Below, in pieces: positions 1-15,000 of a stretch of DNA of 64,000 bases (position 1 is the stretch's first letter; each line of letters opens with the position of its first letter). The notes beneath the pieces were generated by a model that ran no database searches, was not told the origin of the DNA, and worked only from the letters and a program-made list of their open reading frames with translations. The DNA lies in NCBI GenBank assembly GCA_964016885.1, contig OZ024743.1:75206001-75270000 (forward strand), read 5' to 3'. Position numbers and translations under genes: made by a program. The stretch is from Eledone cirrhosa. Lineage: Eukaryota.

Positions 1-3000
1 GAGTCATTACAACGTCAGATAGAATAGTTTGTGGTATTGGTAAAGTTTTTAGAACGTCAGATAGAATAGTTTGTGGTATTGGTAGAGTCTTTAGAACGTC
101 AGATAGAATGGTTTGTGGTAATGGTAGAGTCGTTAGAACATCAGATAGAATAGTTTGTGGTATTGGTAGAGTCGTTAGAACGTCAGATAGTACAGTTGTT
201 GGTATTGGTAGAGTCGTTAGAACGTCAGATAGAATAGTTTGTGGTATTGGTAGAGTCGTTAGAACGTGAGATAGAACAGTTTGTGGTATTGGTAGTGTCA
301 TTAGAACGTGAGATAGAACAGTTTGTGGTATTCGTAGAGTCGTTAGAACCTCAGATAGAATAGTTTGTGGTATTGGTAGAGTCGTTAGAACGTTAGATAG
401 AATAGTTTGTGGTAATGGTAGAGTCGTTAGAACGTCAGATAGAATAGTTTGTGGTATTGGTAGTGTCGTTAGAACGTGAGATAAAATAGTTTGTGGTATT
501 GGTAGAGTCGTTAGAACGTCAGATAGAATAGTTTGTGGTACTGGTAGAGTCGTTAGAACGTCAGATAGAATAGTTTGTGATATTGGTAGAGTCGTTAGAA
601 CGTCAGATAGAATAGTTTGTAGTAATGGTAGAGTCGTTAGAACGTCAGATAGAATAGTTTGTGATATTGGTAGATTCGTTAGAACGTCAGATAGAATGGT
701 TTGTGGTAATGGTAGAATCGTTAGAACGTCAGATAGAATAGTTTGTGATATTGGTAGAGTCGTTAGAACGTCAGATAAAATACATTGTGGTATTGGTAGA
801 GTCATTAGAACGTCTAATAGAATAGTTTGTGGTATTGGTAGAGTCCTTAGAACGTCAGATAGAATAGTTTGTGGTATTGGTAGAGTCCTTAGAACGTCAG
901 AAAAAAATAGTTTTTGGTATTGGTAGAGTCGGTAGAACGTCAGATAAAATAGTTTGTGGTATTAGTAGAGTCATTACAACGTCAGATAGAATAGTTTGTG
1001 GTATTGGTAAAGTTTTTAGAACGTCAGATAGAACAGTTTGTGGTATTGGTAGAGTCTTTAGAACGTCAGATAGAGTTATTTGTGGTATTGGTAGAGTCTT
1101 TAGAACGTCAGATAGAATGGTTTGTGGTAATGGTAGAGTCGTTAGAACATCAGATAGAATAGTTTGTGGTATTGGTAGATTCGTTAGAACGTCAGATAGA
1201 ATGGTTTGTGGTAATGGTAGAGTCGTTAGAACGTCAGATAGAACAGTTTGTGGTATTAGCAGAGTCGTTAGAACGTCAGATAGAATAGTTTGAGATATTG
1301 GTAGAGTCGTTAGAACGTCAGATAGAATAGTTTGTGGTAATGGTAGAGTCGTTAGAACGTCAGATAGAATAGTTTGTGGTATTGGTAGAGTGATTAGAAC
1401 GTCAGATAGAACAGTTTGTGGTATTAGTAGAGTCGTTAGAACGTCAGATAGAACAGTTTGTGATATTAGTAGAGTCGTTAGAACGTCAGATAGAATAGTT
1501 TGAGATATTGGTAGAGTCGTTAGAACGTCAGATAGAATAGTTTGTGGTATTGGTAGAGTGATTAGAACGTCAGATAGAACAGTTTGTGGTATTAGTAGAG
1601 TCGTTAGAACGTCAGATAGAACAGTTTGAGATATTGGTAGATTCGTTAGAACGTCAGATAGAATAGTTTGTGGTATTAGTAGAGTCGTTAGAACGTCAGA
1701 TAGAACAATTTGTGGTATTGGTAGAGTCGTTAGAACGTCAGATAGAACAGTTTGTGGTATTAGTAGAGTCGTTAGAACGTCAGATAGAACAGTTTGTGGT
1801 ATTGGTAGAGTCGTTAGAACGTCAGATAGAACAGTTTGTGGTATTGGTAGAGTCGTTAGAACGTCAGATAGAATGGTTTGTGGTATTGGTAGAGTCGTTA
1901 GAACGTCAGATAGAATAGTTTGTGGTATTGGTAGAGTCGTTAGAACGTCAGATAGAATGGTTTGTGGCATTGGTAGAGTCGTTAGAACGTCAGATAGAAT
2001 AGTTTGTGGTATTGGTAGTGTCGTTAGAACGTCAGATAGAACAGTTTGTGGTATTCGTAGAGTCGTTAGAACGTCAGATATAATAGTTTGTGGTATTGGT
2101 AGAGTCGTTAGAACGTCAGATAGAACAGTTTGTGGTATTCGTAGAGTCGTTAGAACGTCAGATAGAATAGTTTGTGGCATTGGTAGAGTCGTTAGAATGT
2201 CAGATAGAATAGTTTGTGGTATTGGTAGAGTCGTTAGAACGTCAGATAGAACAGTTTGTGGTATTGGTAGAGTCGTTAGAACGTCAGATAGAACAGTTTG
2301 TGGTATTCGTAGAGTCGTTAGAACGTCAGATAGAATAGTTTGTGGTATTGGTAAAGTCGTTAGAACGTCAGATAGAATACATTGTGGTATTGGTAGAGTC
2401 ATTAGAACGTCTAATAGAATAGTTTGTGGTATTGGTAGAGTTGTTAGAACGTCAGATAGAATACATTGTGGTATTGGTAGAGTCATTAGAACGTCTAATA
2501 GAATAGTTTGTGGTATTGGTAGAGTCCTTAGAACGTGAGATAAAATAGTTTGTGGTATTGGTAGAGTCGTTAGAACGTCAGATAGAACAGTTTGTGGTAT
2601 TCGTAGAGTCGTTAGAACGTCAGATAGAATAGTTTGTGGTATTGGTAGAGTCGTTAGAACGTCAGATAGAATACATTGTGGTATTGGTAGAGTCATTAGA
2701 ACGTCTAATAGAATAGTTTGTGGTATTGGTAGAGTTGTTAGAACGTCAGATAGAATACATTGTGGTATTGGTAGAGTCATTAGAACGTCTAATAGAATAG
2801 TTTGTGGTATTGGTAGAGTCCTTAGAACGTGAGATAAAATAGTTTGTGGTATTGGTAGAGTCGTTAGAACGTCAGATAGAATAGTTTGTGGTACTGGTAG
2901 AGTCGTTAGAACGTCAGATAGAATAGTTTGTGATATTGGTAGAGTCGTTAGAACGTCAGATAGAATAGTTTGTAGTAATGGTAGAGTCGTTAGAACGTCA

Positions 3001-6000
3001 GATAGAATAGTTTGTGATATTGGTAGATTCGTTAGAACGTCAGATAGAATGGTTTGTGGTAATGGTAGAGTCGTTAGAACATCAGATAGAATAGTTTGTG
3101 GTATTGGTAGAGTCGTTAGAACGTCAGATAGAATAGTTTGTGGCATTGGTAGAGTCGTTAGAGTGTCAGATAGAATAGTTTGTGGTATTGGTAGAGTCGT
3201 TAGAGAGTCAGATAGAATAGTTTATGTTATTGGTAGAGTCGTTAGAACGTTAGATAAAATAGGTTGTGGTATTGGTAGAGTGTTTAGAACGTCAGATAGA
3301 ACAGTTTGTGGTAATGGTAGAGTCGTTAGAACGTCAGATAGAATGGTTTGTGGTAATGGTAGAGTCGTTAGAACGTCAGATAGAATAGTTTGTGGTATTC
3401 GTAGAGTCGTTAGAACGTCAGATAGAATAGTTTGTGGTATTGGTAGAGTCGTTAGAACGTCAGATAGAATACATTGTGGTATTGGTAGAATCGTTAGAAC
3501 GTCAGATAGAATAGTTTGTGATATTGGTAGAGTCGTTAGAACGTCCGATAAAATACATTGTGGTATTGGTAGAGTCATTAGAACGTCTAATAGAATAGTT
3601 TGTGGTATTGGTAGAGTCCTTAGAACGTCAGATAGAATAGTTTGTGGTATTGGTAGAGTCCTTAGAACGTCAGATAAAATAGTTTTTGGTATTGGTAGAG
3701 TCGTTAGAATGTCAGATAGAATGGTTTGTGGTATTGGTAGAGTCGTTAGAACGTCAGATAGAATAGTTTGTGGTATTGGTAGAGTCGTTAGAACGTCAGA
3801 TAGAACAGTTTGTGGTATTCGTAGAGTCGTTAGAACGTCAGATAGAATAGTTTGTGGCATTGGTAGAGTCGTTAGAGTGTCAGATAGAATAGTTTGTGGT
3901 ATTGGTAGAGTCGTTAGAACGTCAGATAGAACAGTTTGTGGTATTGGTAGAGTCGTTAGAACGTCAGATAGAACAGTTTGTAGTATTCGTAGAGTCGTTA
4001 GAACGTCAGATAGAATAGTTTGTGGTATTGGTAGAGTCGTTAGAACGTCAGATAGAATACATTGTGGGATTGGTAGAGTCATTAGAACGTCTAATAGAAT
4101 AGTTTGTGGTATTGGTAGAGTTGTTAGAACGTCAGATAGAATACATTGTGGTATTGGTAGAGTCATTAGAACGTCTAATAGAATAGTTTGTGGTATTGGT
4201 AGAGTCCTTAGAACGTGAGATAAAATAGTTTGTGGTATTGGTAGAGTCGTTAGAACGTCAGATAGAATAGTTTGTGGTACTGGTAGAGTCGTTAGAACGT
4301 CAGATAGAATAGTTTGTGATATTGGTAGAGTCGTTAGAACGTCAGATAGAATAGTTTGTAGTAATGGTAGAGTCGTTAGAACGTCAGATAGAATAGTTTG
4401 TGATATTGGTAGATTCGTTAGAACGTCAGATAGAATGGTTTGTGGTAATGGTAGAGTCGTTAGAACATCAGATAGAATAGTTTGTGGTATTGGTAGAGTC
4501 GTTAGAACGTCAGATAGAATAGTTTGTGGCATTGGTAGAGTCGTTAGAGTGTCAGATAGAATAGTTTGTGGTATTGGTAGAGTCGTTAGAGAGTCAGATA
4601 GAATAGTTTATGTTATTGGTAGAGTCGTTAGAACGTTAGATAAAATAGGTTGTGGTATTGGTAGAGTGTTTAGAACGTCAGATAGAACAGTTTGTGGTAA
4701 TGGTAGAGTCGTTAGAACGTCAGATAGAATGGTTTGTGGTAATGGTAGAGTCGTTAGAACGTCAGATAGAATAGTTTGTGGTATTCGTAGAGTCGTTAGA
4801 ACGTCAGATAGAATAGTTTGTGGTATTGGTAGAGTCGTTAGAACGTCAGATAGAATACATTGTGGTATTGGTAGAATCGTTAGAACGTCAGATAGAATAG
4901 TTTGTGATATTGGTAGAGTCGTTAGAACGTCCGATAAAATACATTGTGGTATTGGTAGAGTCATTAGAACGTCTAATAGAATAGTTTGTGGTATTGGTAG
5001 AGTCCTTAGAACGTCAGATAGAATAGTTTGTGGTATTGGTAGAGTCCTTAGAACGTCAGATAAAATAGTTTTTGGTATTGGTAGAGTCGTTAGAATGTCA
5101 GATAGAATGGTTTGTGGTATTGGTAGAGTCGTTAGAACGTCAGATAGAATAGTTTGTGGTATTGGTAGAGTCGTTAGAACGTCAGATAGAACAGTTTGTG
5201 GTATTCGTAGAGTCGTTAGAACGTCAGATAGAATAGTTTGTGGCATTGGTAGAGTCGTTAGAGTGTCAGATAGAATAGTTTGTGGTATTGGTAGAGTCGT
5301 TAGAACGTCAGATAGAACAGTTTGTGGTATTGGTAGAGTCGTTAGAACGTCAGATAGAACAGTTTGTAGTATTCGTAGAGTCGTTAGAACGTCAGATAGA
5401 ATAGTTTGTGGTATTGGTAGAGTCGTTAGAACGTCAGATAGAATACATTGTGGGATTGGTAGAGTCATTAGAACGTCTAATAGAATAGTTTGTGGTATTG
5501 GTAGAGTTGTTAGAACGTCAGATAGAATACATTGTGGTATTGGTAGAGTCATTAGAACGTCTAATAGAATAGTTTGTGGTATTGGTAGAGTCCTTAGAAC
5601 GTGAGATAAAATAGTTTGTGGTATTGGTAGAGTCGTTAGAACGTCAGATAGAATAGTTTGTGGTACTGGTAGAGTCGTTAGAACGTCAGATAGAATAGTT
5701 TGTGATATTGGTAGAGTCGTTAGAACGTCAGATAGAATAGTTTGTAGTAATGGTAGAGTCGTTAGAACGTCAGATAGAATAGTTTGTGATATTGGTAGAT
5801 TCGTTAGAACGTCAGATAGAATGGTTTGTGGTAATGGTAGAGTCGTTAGAACATCAGATAGAATAGTTTGTGGTATTGGTAGAGTCGTTAGAACGTCAGA
5901 TAGAATAGTTTGTGGCATTGGTAGAGTCGTTAGAGTGTCAGATAGAATAGTTTGTGGTATTGGTAGAGTCGTTAGAGAGTCAGATAGAATAGTTTATGTT

Positions 6001-9000
6001 ATTGGTAGAGTCGTTAGAACGTTAGATAAAATAGGTTGTGGTATTGGTAGAGTGTTTAGAACGTCAGATAGAACAGTTTGTGGTAATGGTAGAGTCGTTA
6101 GAACGTCAGATAGAATAGTTTGTGGTATTCGTAGAGTCGTTAGAACGTCAGATAGAATAGTTTGTGGTATTGGTAGAGTCGTTAGAACGTCAGATAGAAT
6201 ACATTGTGGTATTGGTAGAATCGTTAGAACGTCAGATAGAATAGTTTGTGATATTGGTAGAGTCGTTAGAACGTCAGATAAAATACATTGTGGTATTGGT
6301 AGAGTCATTAGAACGTCTAATAGAATAGTTTGTGGTATTGGTAGAGTCCTTAGAACGTCAGATAGAATAGTTTGTGGTATTGGTAGAGTCCTTAGAACGT
6401 CAGATAAAATAGTTTTTGGTATTGGTAGAGTCGGTAGAACGTCAGATAAAATAGTTTGTGGTATTAGTAGAGTCATTACAACGTCAGATAGAATAGTTTG
6501 TGGTATTGGTAAAGTTTTTAGAAGGTCAGATAGAACAGTTTGTGGTATTGGTAGAGTCTTTAGAACGTCAGATAGAGTTATTTGTGGTATTGGTAGAGTC
6601 TTTAGAACGTCAGATAGAATGGTTTGTGGTAATGGTAGAGTCGTTAGCACATCAGATAGAATAGTTTGTGGTATTGGTAGATTCGTTAGAACGTCAGATA
6701 GAATGGTTTGTGGTAATGGTAGAGTCGTTAGAACGTCAGATAGAACAGTTTGTGATATTAGCAGAGTCGTTAGAACGTCAGATAGAATAGTTTGAGATAT
6801 TGGTAGAGTCGTTAGAACGTCAGATAGAATAGTTTGTGGTAATGGTAGAGTCGTTAGAACGTCAGATAGAATAGTTTGTGGTATTGGTAGAGTGATTAGA
6901 ACGTCAGATAGAACAGTTTGTGGTATTAGTAGAGTCGTTAGAACGTCAGATAGAACAGTTTGTGATATTAGTAGAGTCGTTAGAACGTCAGATAGAATAG
7001 TTTGAGATATTGGTAGAGTCGTTAGAACGTCAGATAGAATAGTTTGTGGTATTGGTAGAGTGATTAGAACGTCAGATAGAACAGTTTGTGGTATTAGTAG
7101 AGTCGTTAGAACGTCAGATAGAACAGTTTGAGATATTGGTAGAGTCGTTAGAACGTCAGATAGAATAGTTTGTGGTATTAGTAGAGTCGTTAGAACGTCA
7201 GATAGAACAGTTTGTGGTATTGGTAGAGTCGTTAGAACGTCAGATAGAACAGTTTGTGGTATTAGTAGAGTCGTTAGAACGTCAGATAGAACAGTTTGTG
7301 GTATTGGTAGAGTCGTTAGAACGTCAGATAGAACAGTTTGTGGTATTGGTAGAGTCGTTAGAACGTCAGATAGAATGGTTTGTGGTATTGGTAGAGTCGT
7401 TAGAACGTCAGATAGAATAGTTTGTGGTATTGGTAGAGTCGTTAGAACGTCAGATAGAATGGTTTGTGGCATTGGTAGAGTCGTTAGAACGTCAGATAGA
7501 ATAGTTTGTGGTATTGGTAGTGTCGTTAGAACGTCAGATAGAACAGTTTGTGGTATTCGTAGAGTCGTTAGAACGTCAGATAGAATAGTTTGTGGTATTG
7601 GTAGAGTCGTTAGAACGTCAGATAGAACAGTTTGTGGTATTCGTAGAGTCGTTAGAACGTCAGATAGAATAGTTTGTGGCATTGGTAGAGTCGTTAGATT
7701 GTCAGATAGAATAGTTTGTGGTATTGGTAGAGTCGTTAGAACGTCAGATAGAACAGTTTGTGGTTCTGGTAGAGTCGTTAGAACGTCAGATAGAACAGTT
7801 TGTAGTATTCGTAGAGTCGTTAGAACGTCAGATAGAATAGTTTGTGGTATTGGTAGAGTCGTTAGAACGTCAGATAGAATACATTGTGGTATTGGTAGAG
7901 TCATTAGAACGTCTAATAGAATAGTTTGTGGTATTGGTAGAGTTGTTAGAACGTCAGATAGAATACATTGTGGTATTGGTAGAGTCATTAGAACGTCTAA
8001 TAGAATAGTTTGTGGTACTGGTAGAGTCGTTAGAACGTCAGATAGAATAGTTTGTGATATTGGTAGAGTCGTTAGAACGTCAGATAGAATAGTTTGTAGT
8101 AATGGTAGAGTCGTTAGAACGTCAGATAGAATAGTTTGTGATATTGGTAGATTCGTTAGAACGTCAGATAGAATGGTTTGTGGTAATGGTAGAGTCGTTA
8201 GAACATCAGATAGAATAGTTTGTGGTATTGGTAGAGTCGTTAGAACGTCAGATAGAATAGTTTGTGGCATTGGTAGAGTCGTTAGAGTGTCAGATAGAAT
8301 AGTTTGTGGTATTGGTAGAGTCGTTAGAGAGTCAGATAGAATAGTTTATGTTATTGGTAGAGTCGTTAGAACGTTAGATAAAATAGGTTGTGGTATTGAT
8401 AGAGTGTTTAGAACGTCAGATAGAACAGTTTGTGGTAATGGTAGAGTCGTTAGAACGTCAGATAGAATGGTTTGTGGTAATGGTAGAGTCGTTAGAACGT
8501 CAGATAGAATAGTTTGTGGTATTCGTAGAAGCGTTAGAACGTCAGATAGAATAGTTTGTGGTATTGGTAGAGTCGTTAGAACGTCAGATAGAATACATTG
8601 TGGTATTGGTAGAATCGTTAGAACGTCAGATAGAATAGTTTGTGATATTGGTAGAGTCGTTAGAACGTCAGATAAAATACATTGTGGTATTGGTAGAGTC
8701 ATTAGAACGTCTAATAGAATAGTTTGTGGTATTGGTAGAGTCCTTAGAACGTCAGATAGAATAGTTTGTGGTATTGGTAGAGTCCTTAGAACGTCAGATA
8801 AAATAGTTTTTGGTATTGGTAGAGTCGGTAGAACGTCAGATAAAATAGTTTGTGGTATTAGTAGAGTCATTACAACGTCAGATAGAATAGTTTGTGGTAT
8901 TGGTAAAGTTTTTAGAACGTCAGATAGAACAGTTTGTGGTATTGGTAGAGTCTTTAGAACGTCAGATAGAGTTATTTGTGGTATTGGTAGAGTCTTTAGA

Positions 9001-12000
9001 ACGTCAGATAGAATGGTTTGTGGTAATGGTAGAGTCGTTAGCACATCAGATAGAATAGTTTGTGGTATTGGTAGATTCGTTAGAACGTCAGATAGAATGG
9101 TTTGTGGTAATGGTAGAGTCGTTAGAACGTCAGATAGAACAGTTTGTGATATTAGCAGAGTCGTTAGAACGTCAGATAGAATAGTTTGAGATATTGGTAG
9201 AGTCGTTAGAACGTCAGATAGAATAGTTTGTGGTAATGGTAGAGTCGTTAGAACGTCAGATAGAATAGTTTGTGGTATTGGTAGAGTGATTAGAACGTCA
9301 GATAGAGCAGTTTGTGGTATTAGTAGAGTCGTTAGAACGTCAGATAGAACAGTTTGTGATATTAGTAGAGTCGTTAGAACGTCAGATAGAATAGTTTGAG
9401 ATATTGGTAGAGTCGTTAGAACGTCAGATAGAATAGTTTGTGGTATTGGTAGAGTGATTAGAACGTCAGATAGAACAGTTTGTGGTATTAGTAGAGTCGT
9501 TAGAACGTCAGATAGAACAGTTTGAGATATTGGTAGAGTCGTTAGAACGTCAGATAGAATAGTTTGTGGTATTAGTAGAGTCGTTAGAACGTCAGATAGA
9601 ACAGTTTGTGGTATTGGTAGAGTCGTTAGAACGTCAGATACAATAGTTTGTGGTATTGGTAGAGTCGTTAGAACGTCAGATAGAATGGTTTGTGGCATTG
9701 GTAGAGTCGTTAGAACGTCAGATAAAACAGTTTGTGGTATTAGTAGAGTCGTTAGAACGTCAGATAGAACAGTTTGTGGTATTGGTAGAGTCGTTAGAAC
9801 GTCAGATAGAACAGTTTGTGGTATTGGTAGAGTCGTTAGAACGTCAGATAGAATGGTTTGTGGTATTGGTAGAGTCGTTAGAACGTCAGATACAATAGTT
9901 TGTGGTATTGGTAGAGTCGTTAGAACGTCCGATAGAATGGTTTGTGGCATTGGTAGAGTCGTTAGAACGTCAGATAGAATAGTTTGTGGTATTGGTAGTG
10001 TCGTTAGAACGTCAGATAGAACAGTTTGTGGTATTCGTAGAGTCGTTAGAACGTCAGATAGAATAGTTTGTGGTATTGGTAGAGTCGTTAGAACGTCAGA
10101 TAGAACAGTTTGTGGTATTCGTAGAGTCGTTAGAACGTCAGATAGAATAGTTTGTGGCATTGGTAGAGTCGTTAGAGTGTCAGATAGAATAGTTTGTGGT
10201 ATTGGTAGAGTCGTTAGAACGTCAGATAGAACAGTTTGTGTTATTGGTAGAGTCGTTAGAACGTCAGATAGAACAGTTTGTGGTATTCGTAGAGTCGTTA
10301 GAACGTCAGATAGAATAGTTTGTGGTATTGGTAGAGTCGTTAGAACGTCAGATAGAATACATTGTGGTATTGGTAAAGTCATTAGAACGTCTAATAGAAT
10401 AGTTTGTGGTATTGGTAGAGTTGTTAGAACGTCAGATAGAATACATTGTGGTATTGGTAGAGTCATTAGAACGTCTAATAGAATAGTTTGTGGTATTGGT
10501 AGAGTCCTTAGAACGTGAGATAAAATAGTTTGTGGTATTGGTAGAGTCGTTAGAACGTCAGATAGAATAGTTTGTGGTACTGGTAGAGTCGTTAGAACGT
10601 CAGATAGAATAGTTTGTGATATTGGTAGAGTCGTTAGAACGTCAGATAGAATAGTTTGTAGTAATGGTAGAGTCGTTAGAACGTCAGATAGAATAGTTTG
10701 TGATATTGGTAGATTCGTTAGAACGTCAGATAGAATGGTTTGTGGTAATGGTAGAGTCGTTAGAACATCAGATAGAAAAGTTTGTGGTATTGGTAGAGTC
10801 GTTAGAACGTCAGATAGAATAGTTTGTGGCATTGGTAGAGTCGTTAGAGTGTCAGATAGAATAGTTTGTGGTATTGGTAGAGTCGTTAGAGAGTCAGATA
10901 GAATAGTTTATGTTATTGGTAGAGTCGTTAGAACGTTAGATAAAATAGTTTGTGGTATTGGTAGAGTGTTTAGAACGTCAGATAGAACAGTTTGTGGTAA
11001 TGGTAGAGTCGTTAGAACGTCAGATAGAATAGTTTGTGGTATTCGTAGAGTCGTTAGAACGTCAGATAGAATAGGTTGTGGTATTGGTAGAGTCGTTAGA
11101 ACGTCAGATAGAATACATTGTGGTATTGGTAGAATCGTTAGAACGTCAGATAGAATAGTTTGTGATATTGGTAGAGTCGTTAGAACGTCAGATAAAATAC
11201 ATTGTGGTATTGGTAGAGTCATTAGAACGTCTAATAGAATAGTTTGTGGTATTGGTAGAGTCCTTAGAACGTCAGATAGAATAGTTTGTGGTATTGGTAG
11301 AGTCCTTAGAACGTCAGATAAAATAGTTTGTGGTATTGGTAGAGTCGGTAGAACGTCAGATAAAATAGTTTGTGGTATTAGTAGAGTCATTACAACGTCA
11401 GATAGAATAGTTTGTGGTATTGGTAAAGTTTTTAGAACGTCAGATAGAATAGTTTGTGGTATTGGTAGAGTCTTTAGAACGTCAGATAGAATGGTTTGTG
11501 GTATTGGTAGAGTCTTTAGAACATCAGATAGAATAGTTTGTGGTATTGGTAGAGTCGTTAGAACGTCAGATAGAATAGTTTGTGGTATTGGTAGAGTCGT
11601 TAGAACGTCAGATAGAATGGTTTGTGGTAATGGTAGAGTCGTTAGAACGTCAGATAGAACAGTTTGTGATATTAGCAGAGTCGTTAGAACGTGAGATAGA
11701 ACAGTTTGTGGTATTGGTAGAGTCGTTAGAACCTCAGATAGAGTAGTTTGTGGTATTGGTAGAGTCGTTAGAACGTCAGATAGAATAGGTTGTGGTATTG
11801 GTAGAGTCGTTAGAACGTTAGATAGAATGGTTTGTGGTATTGGTAGAGTCGTTAGAACGTCAGATAGAATAGTTTGTGGTATTGGTAGAGTCGTTAGAAC
11901 GTCAGATAGAATAGTTTGTGGTATTGGTAGAGTCGTTAGAACGTCAGATAGTACAGTTGTTGGTATTGGTAGAGTCGTTAGAACGTCAGATATAATAGTT

Positions 12001-15000
12001 TGTGGTATTGGTAGAGTCGTTAGAACGTCAGATAGTACAGTTGTTGGTATTGGTAGAGTCGTTAGAACGTCAGATAGAATAGTTTGTGGTATTGGTAGAG
12101 TCGTTAGAACGTCAGATAGAATAGTTTGTGATATTGGTAGAGTCGTTAGAACGTCAGATAGAATGGTTTGTGGCATTGGTAGAGTCATTAGAACGTCAGA
12201 TAGAATAGTTTGTGGTATTGGTAGTGTCGTTAGAACGTCAGATAGAACAGTTTGTGGTATTCGTAGAGTCGTTAGAACGTCAGATAGAATAGTTTGTGGT
12301 ATTGGTAGAGTCGTTAGAACGTCAGATAGAACAGTTTGTGGTATTCGTAGAGTCGTTAGAACGTCAGATAGAATAGTTTGTGGCATTGGTAGAGTCGTTA
12401 GAGTGTCAGATAGAATAGTTTGTGGTATAGGTAGAGTCGTAAAACGTAAGATAAAATAGTTTTTGGTATTGGTAAAGTTTTTAGAACGTCAGATAGAGTT
12501 ATTTGTGGTATTGGTAGAGTCTTTAGAACGTCAGATAGAGTTATTTGTGGTATTGGTAGAGTCTTTAGAACGTCAGATAGAATAGTTTGTGATATTGGTA
12601 GAGTCTTTAGAACGTCAGATAGGATGGTTTGTGGTAATGGTAGAGTCGTTAGAACATCAGATAGAATAGTTTGTGGTATTGGTAGATTCGTTAGAACGTC
12701 AGATAGAATAGGTTATGGTATTGGTAGAGTCGTTAGAACATCAGATAGAATAGTTTGTGGTATTGGTAGAGTCGTTAGAACGTCAGATAGAATAGTTTGT
12801 GGTATTGGTAGAGTCGTTAGAACATCAGATAGAATAGTTTGTGTTATAGGTAGAGTCGTTAGAACGTCAGATAGAATAGTTTGTGGTATTGGTAGTGTCG
12901 TTAGAACGTGAGATAGAACAGTTTGTGGTATTGGTAGAGTCGTTAGAACCCCAGATAGAATAGTTTGTGGTATTGGTAGAGTCGTTAGAACGTTAGATAG
13001 AATAGTTTGTGGTATTGGTAGAGTCGTTAGAACGTCAGATAGAACAGTTTGTGGTATTGGTAGAGTCGTCAGAACGTCAGATAGAACAGTTTGTGGTATT
13101 CGTAGAGTCGTTAGAACGTCAGATAGAATAGTTTGTGGTATTGGTAGAGTCGTTAGAACGTCAGATAGAATAGTTTGTGGTATTGGTAGAGTCGTTAGAA
13201 CGTCAGATAGATCAGTTTGTGGTATTGGTAGAGTCGTTAGAACATCAGATAGAATAGTTTGTGTTATAGGTAGAGTCGTTAGAACGTCAGATAGAATAGT
13301 TTGTGGTATTGGTAGTGTCGTTAGAACGTGAGATAGAACAGTTTGTGGTATTCGTAGAGTCGTTAGAGCGTCAGATAGAATAGTTTGTAGTAATGGTAGA
13401 GTCTTTAGAACGTCAGATAGAATGGTTTGTGGTAATGGTAGAGTCGTTAGAACATCAGATAGAATAGTTTGTGGTATTGGTAGAGTCGTTAGAACGTCAG
13501 ATAGAATAGTTTGTGGTATTGGTAGAGTCGTTAGAACATCAGATAGAATAGTTTGTGTTATAGGTAGAGTCGTTAGAACGTCAGATAGAATAGTTTGTGG
13601 TATTGGTAGAGTCGTTAGAACATCAGATAGAATAGTTTGTGTTATAGGTAGAGTCGTTAGAACGTCAGATAGAACAGTTTGTGGTATTCGTAGAGTCGTT
13701 AGAACGTCAGATAGAATAGTTTGTGGTATTGGTAGAGTCGTTAGAACGTCAGATAGAATACATTGTGGTATTGGTAGAGTCATTAGAACGTCTAATAGAA
13801 TAGTTTGTGGTATTGGTAGAGTTGTTAGAACGTCAGATAGAATACATTGTGGTATTGGTAGAGTCATTAGAACGTGAGATAAAATAGTTTGTGGTATTGG
13901 TAGAGTCGTTAGAACGTCAGATAGAATAGTTTGTGGTACTGGTAGAGCCGTTAGAACGTCAGATAGAATAGTTTGTGATATTGGTAGAGTCGTTAGAACG
14001 TCAGATAGAATAGTTTGTAGTAATGGTAGAGTCGTTAGAACGTCAGATAGAATAGTTTGTGATATTGGTAGATTCGTTAGAACGTCAGATAGAATGGTTT
14101 GTGGTAATGGTAGAGTCGTTAGAACATCAGATAGAATAGTTTGTGGTATTGGTAGAGTCGTTAGAACGTCAGATAGAATAGTTTGTGGCATTGGTAGAGT
14201 CGTTAGAGTGTCAGATAGAATAGTTTGTGGTATTGGTAGAGTCGTTAGAGAGTCAGATAGAATAGTTTATGTTATTGGTAGAGTCGTTAGAACGTTAGAT
14301 AAAATAGTTTGTGGTATTCGTAGAGTCGTTAGAACGTCAGATAGAATAGTTTGTGGTATTGGTAGAGTCGTTAGAACGTCAGATAGAATACATTGTGGTA
14401 TTGGTAGAATCGTTAGAACGTCAGATAGAATAGTTTGTGATATTGGTAGAGTCGTTAGAACGTCAGATAAAATACATTGTGGTATTGGTAGAGTCATTAG
14501 AACGTCTAATAGAATAGTTTGTGGTATTGGTAGAGTCCTTAGAACGTCAGATAGAATAGTTTGTGGTATTGGTAGAGTCCCTAGAACGTCAGATAAAATA
14601 GTTTGTGGTATTGGTAGAGTCGGTAGAACGTCAGATAAAATAGTTTGTGGTATTAGTAGAGTCATTACAACGTCAGATAGAATAGTTTGTGGTATTGGTA
14701 GAGTCTTTAGAACGTCAGATAGAATGGTTTGTGGTAATGGTAGAGTCGTTAGAACATCAGATAGAATAGTTTGTGGTATTGGTAGAGTCGTTAGAACGTC
14801 AGATAGATCAGTTTGTGGTATTGGTAGAGTCGTTAGAACATCAGATAGAATAGTTTGTGGTATTGGTAGAGTCTTTAGAACGTCAGATAGAATGGTTTGT
14901 GGTAATGGTAGAGTCGTTAGAACATCAGATAGAATAGTTTGTGGTATTGGTAGAGTCGTTAGAACGTCAGATAGAATAGTTTGTGGTATTGGTAGAGTCG

